A DNA stretch of 55,878 nucleotides, counting the filler, from Platydemus manokwari (lineage: Eukaryota): assembly GCA_037951405.1 (NCBI GenBank). It is 5 parts of 5 records of this genome, joined end to end, with 100 filler letters (N's around TTAATTAATTAA, not from the genome) between each part and the next. Parts side by side here need not be neighbours in the genome. Positions count along the whole stretch, not along the records: positions 10,862 to 21,324 come from JBBMOY011131773.1; positions 21,425 to 31,339 come from JBBMOY011189989.1; 3 more parts are not named here. One strand, written 5' to 3'. The position numbers were made by a program, and so were the translations under genes. The notes under the pieces were generated by a model. That model was not told the DNA's origin and ran no database searches. It saw nothing but the letters and a program-made list of their open reading frames with translations. This document shows, piece after piece, positions 13,816 through 25,722 of the stretch (positions are counted from its first letter, which is position 1; the number at the start of each line of letters is the position of its first letter).

Positions 13816-14319
13816 TCAGTAATAACAATGGCGCCCCAGTGCAGTGTGTAAACTAAATGTAAACAGATGAGAATAATTATTCATGTTTAATTCATTTGGT
13901 TCAATACTCGACATTAAAGTAGCTTTTTTAATGTGATATTTAAAGATTTCATAGTAATTCTTCATATGAAATTGTATGTATTCAATAGATTCATTATATT
14001 TGCTAATTGTTTGTTCCCAATATTTATAAGTCTGAGAATCTTCATCAACATTTATGGGTGTTCGAGGAGCACAGAACATCATATTTGGCCATATGAATTC
14101 TTCATAATCCCTAGTATATCGCATTGAAATTGGTTTCGATAAATATTTCTCAATGATAAAGCTTGAAGTTACAGCGATACCAGCTAAACCACATAAAAAT
14201 AGAATTAGCCAGAATAATTTCGAGATTCTACTCGTAGAACTGTACATGTGATTAACACCATGAATGGTACTTCTCTGAATTAATTCTTTCATTTTGAGAA
14301 TATTGAGTGAAATTATCAT
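13816..14319 (-). CDS. DEG/ENaC (ASIC/pickpocket-like) channel subunit, N-terminal portion only; probably truncated or a pseudogene
   Basis: The 167-aa ORF has the pre-TM1 STIHG gating motif, TM1 (KLFWLILFLCGLAGIAVTSSFIIEKYL), the post-TM1 Y..P and a WPNMMFC variant of the FP.vTvC motif. It stops far short of a full subunit and no clear splice donor precedes the stop. Confidence 0.8.
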   Translation of the reverse strand: MIISLNILKMKELIQRSTIHGVNHMYSSTSRISKLFWLILFLCGLAGIAVTSSFIIEKYLSKPISMRYTRDYEEFIWPNMMFCAPRTPINVDEDSQTYKYWEQTISKYNESIEYIQFHMKNYYEIFKYHIKKATLMSSIEPNELNMNNYSHLFTFSLHTALGRHCYY

Positions 14320-16379
14320 GAAATGTAAATGCTATTTATATTTAAATAAAAGTGTTTTGCCCATTTAAAATGTTTTATTTTCTCACAATTATTTTTCAAG
14401 CCAATCATACTCTAGTTCTCTGCTTCATTTTTGTGTCAAAATTTACCTCTACATTTTAATAGCGACATTTTATTTGATTCATTTCATACTTATTTAGTAA
14501 ACCTTTTCAGTGATCGCAATCATTATTTCTCGAAATAAAGATATTTAAAATTTTCCACAAAAATTCAATTATATTTTTCTTTCAGTTTCAAATAGTTGAA
14601 ATTCGTAAGACGTTTATTTAGACGGTGAGATTAGAGATTTAATAACGTACAATCAAGTAAAAGATTACATCTTGTGTTCCTTTAGTTGCTTTCAGTGGTC
14701 AAACATTATAAACCAGCCGCTCTTTCTTTAAGAATAAATGCATTTTCAAAATTATTAATCAGAAATAAGATGTCTATGAGGCACAGTTGTAATTTTCCCG
14801 ATATTGATTTGATATCAGAAATATCTCTGAATTATAAGTGTATTTAAAAATTATCTATGGGAATGATGAGATATTTTATCAAAATAGAAGATGTTAATCT
14901 ATTATAAAAATTCCGTCAGGGGAGATAATATTTATAAAATAAATTGTATTTATATAATTATATATAATTAATAACTATTAACAAGTAAAATGAGCAACTG
15001 TATTTCAATTTATAAATATTGTTTTACCCCAGAGATGACATTGGTAACATTTTTAAAAGTTAGTTTCGGTAACAATCCTTCATTGTATTGTTCTGGTAAA
15101 TAATAGGCTTATTTTTTATTCAGATAGCAATTATTATTTATACAATAATAGTGAAAGCGGGCTTGTAAGTCAATTGATTAGACAAAACATTCAATTCCCG
15201 ATTTTAAAATTAATTTCTTTAATAATAATATCATTATCAATTTTCCCACGAATTTGTCAACACAAAAACTATAAACTTTGATAATAATTACTGATTATAT
15301 ATGGTGTCACCTATTACTGATAAAATATGGTTTTTAATAATTAAACAACTTCAATTGATAAAGAAAAACTTCGTCATGAACAAAGATTGTCTATTTCAAC
15401 GAAGTCAGATAATGTAGAAGTGAAATATTTTACAAGAAAGTTTTCCAAAACTAATTCAATTTAAATAACTAAATATATTGTTGAGGATAAATGAAGAAAC
15501 TCTTAACTCTACTGTGTATCACCAACTGACATCTGAATGCCTCAGGAATGAAGAAAATTTTCCAACTAATATTTTGTATTATAAATTTACTACTGATAAT
15601 ATATTCTTTCTCTCAATAATTAGTGTAACTAAAATTTATAATGGAAAGTACACTTATAATTTGTGTTAAAGTTCATAATTATATTTTCTAAGTGCGTTTG
15701 AGTTACACTCAATATTTAGGAAATAATATTTGAATTGTTATGTGAGTTTATTGATATATTTAAGTTCAAATGAAAAGAAACTGCTTTTTAAAAAATGTAA
15801 AATTGAATGTATTTTTAATTCAATCATTAATATACACCGAGTGAATCAGGAAAACTGTGCGTTAGTTAAGTATTTTCAGATAGAAACTAGTAACATAAGG
15901 CAGTCATCACTGAATCAAATAATAAGGAAGGATAAAAGGAATATAGGATATTGGTATGAATAAAGATATAGAAATATAGATTTCTGAAATAGAAATTATC
16001 TAAATATCTGAGAATAGCGAAACCAGTAATTGAAAATTTCTTGACACAGAACTACACAGCTTGAAAAAGATGGATAATGATTAGAACAATTAATTATAAA
16101 AGTTACTAAATTTGCAGACAATTCTACATGAAGATTGGTGGGAGATAATAGAACGAGAAAAGTCAAGGAATAACTAAAAAAAGTAAAACAAAGAAGAGAA
16201 CCACTTCACAAAGAAAAATATCAATAATACAGTAAACTGAAACATAAATTTAATATGGTGTTCTTTAAATTATTCAAAGAGAGATATTTAGAGATTAAAA
16301 TAACAGGTTTGTAAATAACAAAGATAAACAAACTTTCCACGTCAATCACTTAGGTTGAATCTCCTTTTCACAATTTCTA

Positions 16380-17430
16380 TTACATTTTGCTGGAAAATGG
16401 GAGGGTTAGATAGCTTCCATACACCTATCTATTTCTTCTGTGGTGATTCTTTGTGTTTTTTGACTCTACCAGTAAGCTGTATTATAAAGCTATCTCTTTT
16501 CGTACCGTATCTATATTTATTGGCTTTTCCTTTAATGCTATCGCAACTTCTATTCGTTTCTTGACAATTCCATTCTCAGGAATGACCTATAATTTTCAAG
16601 ATCAGTTCTCTCTACCAAAATTTTCTTAAATGTCATTGTTACTTTCTGTATATCTTCTTCAATTATAATGGTCTTTCATAATAGTTTCTTAAATTTGTAC
16701 GAGTGTCAATGAATCCTAGTATATTTGTATAAGCATAGATAACTGTGATAACATTTGGTATCTCCCTTATCCTTCATCAATAATTTATTTTCAGCTTTTT
16801 GTCTAAGTTTTAACTATCAATTAACCTAGTTTTATTTTCAATTACTATTTATATTTCTTCCCGTTTGTTCCCATTAATGGTTTTTAATGAAATTCGCAAT
16901 TCGATCAAACATAATTCTTGTCTTAATATTATTCTCATGTTCCTTGTGGATTCTTGGTATTTGCTTCAAATTATCTTGAAATTCTTAAAAGTAAATATGT
17001 GCTTTACATTATATACAATATCTTTTCTGGTCATTTTTATCTTTCTTTTCTTTTTGGTCTTGTTTTATTTGTTTTGTTTCATACCTTTTGTCATTCGCTT
17101 TTTAATCGTTTTCATCTTTTTATCGTAGTCTTACTTACAGCCTTATATTTTGTTTGAAATCATGTTATTTTCGGGTGCTTTGTATTTTTTCTTGCATCAA
17201 TATTTTATAACACTTTTATTTCATGTCCTTTGACAAACATGATTTATATTCCAGGTACATTTTCGTGATGTTGCTATGGACGGTGTTACTATAGAAATAT
17301 AACCATGATTCTGTGTACATGTTTGATGCTTTATTATAGGATATCATTAACAGATATTTACAATTTGACTAGAATTTATATGCATAGGCCTGCAGTGATT
17401 ACTTTTGGTTAGTATTTCTTCTTATGTGAC
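16380..17430 (-). mobile_element. Degenerate LTR-retrotransposon gag-protease remnant
   Basis: In order on the minus strand: gag-like NQK*SLQAYAYKF, a Lys-rich linker with a RYC..C remnant, protease-like NILGFIDT and a downstream FLRMEL (ILGMD-like). Heavily decayed; boundaries approximate. Confidence 0.4.
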
Positions 17431-18089
17431 AAATTTATTTTTCTAAAACGATCTGTATCTGTAAGAATTTGTACGTGCTTCAAATTTAGAACTTCTTGTC
17501 TAGTATATCATCCAAATTTAAATTCAATCATGATTCTTTTTCTGTATTTCTTAAAAGAAAAAGAAAAACAATAAAATACCCAATTGTTATTTCCCAATTT
17601 AATAATATCTCTTTAAATAAAAAATGGAATTGTTTGTTCAAACTAATTATTTAATGATATACATTAATTGATACAAATTTTTTTATCTTTTGTAATTGAT
17701 GTTATGTATAAGATTTTATCATTTAATTACATAATGTTTAGGTGTTATGATATATTTTGCGCTAATTGTAAATAAAATGCAAAATGGCTGATAAATTAAA
17801 GATAATGTTAATAAGGTAATCTCTGAAAATAGAAATTTATTGCTTGATTTTCTTGTAGTTTTCGAATCCATTTCAAATTAAAGCCTCGCTAGTTTCGATT
17901 TTAGAAATGATATTGATTTTCACCGATCTAACATTGTTTAATGATGTAGCATTGTGTTTTTAATGAATAAAAAAATTGATGAAGAGAAATTTATTTTTGA
18001 ACAAGAAAATAATCATTAATATCCTGATGTGAAATTTTAAGATTTCAGTGTATTTATAAAGGTCAATCCAGTGCATGTCATTTTTATCT

Positions 18090-18960
18090 TTGGCAGCGAA
18101 GACAAATTTCTTAAATATTTGATTTTTTTGCTCAATTCCCTTTTGGCTGATAGTTCTGCAGGTGAGATATCGAGTTATCTCAAATATATCGCTCGCTGGC
18201 TACTTGAATTTGTCATAATTTGAAAATTAGGGATATTTTATCGTCCATGTTTTAAAAGCGAGGCCAACTCGGAATCGCTGGCCAATCGAAATTTCCGTCG
18301 AATTCACCAATCAGAATGAAGAAATGGAGACGCAAATGTGAAAAACTAGAAATCCGTATAGCGAGTCGAATTTTGCAATCTGTCGAATTCCATGAAAATC
18401 CTCCGCTATTTTCAGCCTAGATTATTTCATCAATTATTGATTTTCTAAATAAAATCACCAACTTTCGCACCGCTACCATGCAAATCGATAATTTATTTTG
18501 ATAATTGGGACGCACTTTTTTCATATTTCAATCGATTGATTTAGTTTTTAGATGAGCACTGGCCGGTGATATCTCGTCGAGTTGCACCTGATAAACAGTG
18601 AGGGTGTTCAATCATGTTTATCACAAATCAATTTCGCTTCGCTCTTTTCCAGTCGGTCAGAAATTTTATCGCTTCTTGTTTCTGCGCGCCCATATCACTG
18701 CTTGAATTGATTAATTTCTTTATACGGTTGTTCGATTTGAGATTTCTATTCATTTATTTCTCAAGTTTCATTATCGATTTTAATATTGACAATGAGATTC
18801 TGAACATCAACCGATAAATCGATATTTATTGATGCATCTCATCTTCTGTATCTGGTCATCTTTCAGAGCCTGAATTTCACTTCTTATTGATCTCTTATCG
18901 ATTTTATCGATTTATTCAGAATTTCCATTTTATTTATTCGACAAATCTTCAATGATTTTT
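18090..18960 (-). mobile_element. Degenerate non-LTR retrotransposon (CR1/L2/Jockey-type) ORF1 remnant
   Basis: Coiled-coil-like fragments (ISDRLEKSEAKL) upstream of IYLR*LDISPAELSAKRELSKKIK, which matches the I(Y/F)I..DL...ER...REL ORF1p C-terminal motif. Confidence 0.45.
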
Positions 18961-19099
18961 CAAAATCAAATTTTCAATTAAAAATATAATTTTACAAATA
19001 TTGATTTTTTCTGCCCTTTTCTTTATCAGTTCTGATTGATTTTTTGTTTAAAATGATTATCTCCCAATTTTCTTTGGATTCTGATTGCCAACTCAAAAT

Positions 19100-19330
19100 G
19101 ATCTTCCTTCTATATAAGTAATGCCTTGATTCCCTTGTGTAACAATTGTGCATAAAAGTACTGTGACTGCTACCTTAGATGTACATCGATGAATTACTCA
19201 TTGAAAGCCTCTACGATTATTTATATATTGTCTGCAATGAAATTTATTATGTTTGAAAATATTCTGTGTGATAAAATGTATTCTGCGCGATTATTACATC
19301 AACAGCAAGAATTTATGAAGCGCGACAACT
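19100..19330 (-). repeat. Interspersed LTR-like repeat, copy 1 (inverted relative to copies 2 and 3)
   Basis: The reverse complement shares ataaattct.gc, atcgcgca, atcaca(c/g)agaatattt, aataaattt, gagt(a/g)attcatc and ttgtta(c/t)ac(a/g)aggg with 45700-46230. Confidence 0.5.
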
Positions 19331-19905
19331 AATAATTTCACTAGCAATTTATTTAAATATGGTTTGGATTGGTTTGTTTATTATGGGTTAATTTAAAGGG
19401 CATCTTAGGGTTTTATTAATTATAAGAGCTATCATTTTATGTAGATTAACCAGAATTTGGTTAAAATATTCAATATTATTTTTCATGCAAAAATTTTTTT
19501 ATACAATTCAATGCACAACTATTGTAATTTAAAATTGACCATTGTACCGAACCAAAAGAAGATTAATTTATTTAATTAATTCATTCGTTTAATGTTCAAG
19601 TTTCCTATTGTCTCGATTATCAATGAAGCACTCAGTGTTTGTTCGTTCATTCGTTCCAAACATTTATAATTTTCTTCGAAATTTTCAATAAATCAAATTA
19701 TATAGACCTGAATATAAAGGTTAATTGCAGTAACTGGTACCAAAAGTTGGAACTTTATAATATCTTAATTTTTTTAGTACCATTAAATTAAATAATTTAA
19801 AATGCGGTTTGAATTACATTTTAAACTAATAAACAAAGAATTGTTAATACGGAACAATCAATCCAAGAACCAAATTAACGTTAAACGAATTAAATAAACC
19901 TTAAA

Positions 19906-20385
19906 ATGTACCAAGAAAACAAAATCTGGATAACAGCATAGAAAAGAAGAGAAATAATAGAACACACACACAAATTCCTGTGTCAAACAGGAACGGAAAA
20001 AGTCACACAATATATAAAAAATAATTTCGATATGAAAGACATGGAAAAGAAAACAAAAGAGGTTTTAAGTCAGTGTGAAACATGCCAAAAATCTAAAGTG
20101 ACAACAATCAAAACGAAGAAAAAAACAAAGTCACTGCAAGCGAGAGAGCCGTTCGAGAAAATATATATCGATGTTTGTGCACCGTGTAATGAAACGAGTA
20201 GAATAGATAAATAGATACTGTCGATAATTGACCAGTTCAGTAGATACATAATACTGACACCATAAATAAACAAAATGAGGAAACGGTATTATGAGTGATC
20301 CAAAATCAATGGGTTTTTAAATACGGAGCACCCAAGGTTATATACATAGATTGTGGGAAAATTTATTTAAATCTTCTGTGATTCG
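19906..20385 (+). mobile_element. Ty3/Gypsy integrase fragment (zinc-binding domain + rve core), pseudogenised
   Basis: KIWIT.*KRREIIEHTHKFLCQTGTEKV, CETCQKSK, EPFEKIYIDVCAP, ILSIIDQFSRY, a frameshift, then QWVFKYGAPKVIYIDCG. Contains the first two acidic residues of the DDE triad; includes ORF 20032-20214. Confidence 0.9.
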
Positions 20386-21324
20386 TTGATTGCCAAGCCA
20401 GTATAATTGTGTAGGTATGCCAATGCTTAAATTGCTAAAACATGAGCCTCAAGATACAAAATAGTTTTTCTTTTTCAGGATTTTGTCTTCAACGCCCTCC
20501 AGTGCTAATATTAATTTAATAATTAACTTTAATTAATAATAAACTTTATAATTAAAATTGATAAATCGAAGCCATTCTACATACAGAGACATAATGTAAC
20601 TCAAAGTACCTCTTAAAAATCTACAGCAGTTATGTATGTAATTAAATGAAGACTTAATCGTTCGATTTTCAAATAGTTCATTAACGAAAATAAATAAGTA
20701 ATCAATAGATATATTCAACCAGTGTATTTGAGTTCACACTTAAAACTGTTCGTGATTCAATCTGTTTCACAAATACTAATCTTAATTTATTGACGAAAAT
20801 CAAGTAAATAATTAGAAATCAATATAATCAATTAAAATCAATTAAAATAAATGATATTGCACAAAAGATTATTGGCGAGTTAGTGTACTGCTAACACATA
20901 AGATTGGAGCACTTTATAGGTGTATTCTGTAGCAACGATATAGAAATGAGTAAAGAAAAAATACCACGAGTAAAACTTTGAAATAAAATTCATGATTAAT
21001 ACAATCGAATAGATAAGAAGAATCACATCAATTAGAATTAGAAACCATAAAGTATAAACTTAATTTAATGTATAAAATTTCTGTAAACTCTAAGACAACA
21101 GGTATCAAATATTACATTATTTTCCAAACATTATGAAATCCTTATAAAAATGTCAATAAATTTATATACACACACACGTATATATAATGACATATTCATC
21201 CGAAATCAATTAGTTGCAGTTCCAAATCTATATAACAGCAAATGTTTGACAAGAATAAATTTCGCAATTCTAATAAACATCCATCAATCCAGAAATAATA
21301 TTTGGTCAATCTAAATCGAGATAT

Positions 21325-21424
21325 NNNNNNNNNNNNNNNNNNNNNNNNNNNNNNNNNNNNNNNNNNNNTTAATTAATTAANNNNNNNNNNNNNNNNNNNN
21401 NNNNNNNNNNNNNNNNNNNNNNNN
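21325..21424. other. Artificial contig spacer N44-TTAATTAATTAA-N44
   Basis: Same 100-bp structure; core at 21369-21380. It cuts the CHDH-like gene in mid-exon. Confidence 0.97.
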
Positions 21425-24400
21425 CCTCATCTCTGAATTCATCAAAGGCAGATTGTGCAAATATTTCTCTGGCAAATCGTATACCATTCCGTATTACTCG
21501 ATAATCATCTTCATATGAACAATATCGGAAATCAATAATGGGATGATGTCTGGGATCCTTCGATTGAAGTGATATTGTGCCTGCTGATCGAGATCTCAAT
21601 GGTGTTATTGTAGCCTACGAAGCAATAGGAACATATTCTATGAATTTATTTCCAATATACAACCTGAAAACTGTCATATGGATCTGGTATTCGCGAATGA
21701 TCGTGGTGTAAAAATGTTCCAAAATGAAAATGTATGTCAGGATGCAAAATACCAGGTTCTGAACGAACAAACCCACATCCATCCAATGGACCATTGGCAC
21801 CGAGACCAGATTTAAAGAGATTCCATTGTAAATTTATGAGATTTCTTTTGATTAGTTTTTGATGCGAAAATGTTGCAACTGACTTCGAAATATAAGAATT
21901 ATGAATTTATGAGCTTAACATTTTATCATTATTATAAATAAAGGCATTTAATAAATCATAAAGCAATAATTATGACAAATTTTGTGTTGTCTTATTAATT
22001 GAAGATGCCTGAAAGCATAACCAATATCAATATAGCCAAACGTTGTTTGTACCACATCATCATCTAATAAGAAACTTTTCTTATTTAATTCGTAAAAGTA
22101 GGAATAGCGTGGTTAACATTGGTACCAATGCATTTTAATGAATTATATATTTTTGAGTTTAAGAATGTCTAGATAACATAGGGATATACATAGAAATATA
22201 TTCTAGCCTAAAAATGCAAAGTGATTTTGGAATTAGCATGCCAAATTGGCTAAGATTTATCAAAGATAAAAGAAGTTTGAATTTACCTTCTTGCATTTAT
22301 ATTGAACACCGCTTAGAGGATGATCCTGTAGATTTTTTCCAACTCCAGGAATGTGCTGCACAACATCTATCGAATGTTGTTTCAATTCATCACCATTTCC
22401 CACACCGCTCAACATCAATAATTGCGGACTGTTGATTGCACCGCCACTCAAAATTACTTCTTTATTCGCCATAATCTATATAAGAAATTATTCACCAATC
22501 ATTCACCATTTATCAATGATTTATTATCAAACTCTTTCTAATTGGCCTTGTTTGTTCAGCACTTCTACTCCGACAGCTCTTTTACCATCGAATAAAATTC
22601 TCGTTACCAATGTTTCAGTTGTGACTGTTAGATTGTGTCTGGTCATTGCCGGTTTCAAATAAGCTCTCGATGTCGACCATCTCTCACCTTTGTGAATTGT
22701 AAAATCGAATTTTCCAATCCCTTCCTACCAAACAATCTCTGTTCATCACTCAACTCATAACAATAAATGAATAAATGCTGAAGTTGCATTGAATAAAAAT
22801 ACGATATGTTTAGCTTGACTTACAATAATATTTTTGAAATAAAACTGCTCATGTGCTTTACATTTTTTACGGCAGGCTTCAAACCAAATCTGATTGGTTA
22901 GAATTTTTTGAAATTTTAATTAGGTAATTTGTTAAAACATCAGTATATTGCACTAATCAAATCTAACTTGTTTGAATCCATTGAAATCTTCGTTATAATT
23001 ATATCCAGCTTGTAGTCCAGCTTTAATCCATGCTTGGCCGAGAACACCTTGTATTTTATTTTGACAAACCTTTAAGGGTCCGTTACCTCCTCTATACAAA
23101 TTCTCTCCCAATTCATGCGATTGAGATTTCTTAAAATATGGCAAACAAGAAGCATATGACCACCCTATGAAGCGATAATCATTATAATAATTAATTATTA
23201 TTATTATTATTTTAAAAATATTTTATTATTAAGTCAAAAAATTTTTACTCATACCGGAGGCTCCTTCTTTCTCCCATCTATCATAATCATATGGATGTCC
23301 TCGTATGTAGATCAGTGCGTTAATTGATGAACTTCCACCGAGTACTTTACCACGGGGATAAAATAATACTCTGTCATTCAATGTTTTCTGCTTAATTGTA
23401 TTGTAATTCCAATTATAGCTTGTAATTTCAAAATAATAGCTCATTATTCATGGTTCTTAGAAAAATTACCTCACATCTGTTATAGCATTCAGTGCTTTAT
23501 GTGGCATTCGAATTATTGTGTTATCATCTTTTGGTCCAGCTTCCAAAATATTAACCGTATTTTTGTTATCTACTGACAGACGGTTAGCGAGAACACATCC
23601 AGCCGACCCTGCACCGATTATAATGTAATCGAATTCGTTTTTCTTTGTGGTGACCTTACTGGAAATATGAATCTACTCTCAAATAACGAGTAGATAAATT
23701 TTAAATATGTAATATCAAATCGTCATAAATGTCATTTAATGAAATACTATATATAAATATAGAAAAATATTTGACCATTCAGTTTTCAACGTTGTAAATA
23801 AGTTTCTAATCAATTGATAATTCAATATCATCTTACTTGACAGATAAACTGCAGCTTGTATGATATTTTATGCACTGATTCGGTTGATTGACAAAGTCCT
23901 TTTTGGTCAATTTCCTGCTGATAATTGTCGGCATGTATATTGATTGTAGTGACATTATTTTCATTCGAATGTTCCCCGATAGGCTATTAATTAATGCTAT
24001 CCGATTCTTATTTATTGCATTAGATTTGAGGTATTCTTAAAAGTCATAGATCAATATAAATTCCGATAGTATATAAATGTATGACAGGTGGCTATTTGCC
24101 CTATAAAAATTGTCCACAAATATCTATAATATATACTGGTGAAGAGAGTAAAACAGCTAAAATTATTTTTGCTCATTAATATATTGAATTCTTTATAAAT
24201 GTCTCATTAATGAAATCGTATCAAATATCAGTAATAGGTAGAAACGATAAAATATTATTGAAAACCGATATTTATTCACAAAGTTATTAATATCAGCAAC
24301 AGTAATAAGGGAAAATATAATAATAATAATAAAAATAAAGAAAAAATTCCATTTAATTTTTATTCCCTGATTAATAAATCGAATAAAAAATAATTTAAAT

Positions 24401-24647
24401 CTCTCTGAATTATTTGATTAAATATCGGAAAATTTTTTGAGAAATTATATAGACAGGAAATTATATTGATGCATTAACAAGAAATATTAAAGAAATATTT
24501 ACAAAGCTTACCTTTTGTTTCGTTTGCCATAATATTTGATCTGAAATATTTTTTAAATTTTTCATTCTTCAAATTCTTATTGAAATTATGTGATAAAAGA
24601 TTTTGACCAAATGAGCCAAACGATTTGATTGATTTTATAACCAACAT
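21425..24647 (-). CDS. CHDH: GMC oxidoreductase, choline dehydrogenase-like; 9 exons, 3' end lost at the gap. Exons: 24512-24647, 23837-24035, 23470-23658, 23255-23418, 22968-23164, 22533-22724, 22287-22475, 21664-21882, <21425-21614
   Basis: All introns are GT-AG with consistent phases (1,2,2,1,0,0,0,0). Motifs: [24 protein letters not shown] (FAD binding), [95 protein letters not shown]. Exons 3-9 are secure; exons 1-2 rest on open frame plus phase match. Confidence 0.9.
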
Positions 24648-25228
24648 AAGGTTCTAGATAAATACAACTTAATTTTGATCAATTGAAAATTAAATTACAT
24701 TTTTCAATGATTGAATCAGCATAATTCATTGATTGTTGATTGGCTGAATTTTTGTGAATTATTAAAGATATTATTGGTCATTATTGAGATATGTTATAAA
24801 GTTTGAAATACAAAATGTATTTTCAAATTAATTGCACTCAGCATCATGTGTCTTTGAATGTTAGAAAGTGCTTGAATCGAATAAACCGAATTTACCTTAC
24901 GAGTCTCGATTCTCACTCGTTATTCAATTAGTTACATTAGACAGAATATTTCTTTTCATGAACCGTTCATTTGATTCATTGTATCTAAACTGATATTGAT
25001 TTTAGAAAATAATAATAAAATTAATAATAATAATGTTTCAAAAATCGTTATTTATTAAGAAAATCTACTTGATTTTGTAAAATTTTATTTGACTGTTACA
25101 TTAAATATGAAAACATAAATCTTGCTGTGACATCAGAGTAGTTGAGTATTTTTAATATCTTCGATAGTATTCATTTTAACCAAATAATAATTGTAATAAT
25201 ATTATTAATTTTAATTGTGAGAATATCA

Positions 25229-25390
25229 AATTGAATTCAATTTGAATTAGTATAGAATTTAATTTATATTGAGTTTTATATTGAATTTATTGTTGTATTG
25301 AATTTGATTTGAAATTGAATTTAATTTTATATGGAATTTTAAATTTATATTGAATTTAAATTTATATTGAATTTAATTTGGTATTAAATT
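25229..25390 (+). repeat. Degenerate AT-rich minisatellite, unit about 17-18 bp (TTGAATTTAAATTTATA-like)
   Basis: Roughly nine imperfect copies, e.g. aaatttatattgaattt aaatttatattgaattt. Confidence 0.65.
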
Positions 25391-25401
25391 TTCTTTATTT
25401 A

Positions 25402-25722
25402 TTTAAATAATTGTCTTTAAAATACAATTGAATGTCGAGTCTTTTCAATTCGTTTTCGATGCGTTTTTTATAAAATAGTAGCGGCTTACATCCGCCAAAT
25501 GGTATTAGAATTTAATCGTATTTTCTCAACTAGACCATTAATATTTTTTATAGTCACTGTAAGCATTTAAAATTGAATTAAAATCTTCAAAGATTCAATT
25601 TTGTAAAAAATCAAATTAACTTGTTTAAATAATTGTATTTAAATATATAATTTGATGTAGTGACTTTTCAGTTCGTTTTCGATGCGTGTTTTATAAAATA
25701 GTAGCGGCTTACAGTCACCAAA
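25402..25722 (+). repeat. Direct repeat of about 100 bp, period about 223 bp
   Basis: cttttca(a/g)ttcgttttcgatgcgt(t/g)ttttataaaatagtagcggcttaca starts at 25441 and 25664, each preceded by tttaaataattgt. Confidence 0.85.

Noticed and set aside
13820-13845. aataaca-a-TGGCGCCCC resembling an LTR end plus tRNA-Lys primer-binding site
   Set aside because: The match is only about 8 nt and the downstream sequence is the antisense of the ENaC ORF, not retroelement internal sequence.
16865-17157. Phe/Leu-rich hydrophobic ORFs
   Set aside because: Antisense of an A-rich retroelement gag region; low complexity.
22351-22662. Plus-strand ORFs 22214-22435 and 22351-22662, and minus ORF 21615-21800
   Set aside because: Antisense or alternative-frame shadows of the CHDH-like exons.
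25229-25390. Regularly spaced short repeats as a CRISPR-like array
   Set aside because: Degenerate AT-only units without unique spacers, eukaryotic context and no cas genes.
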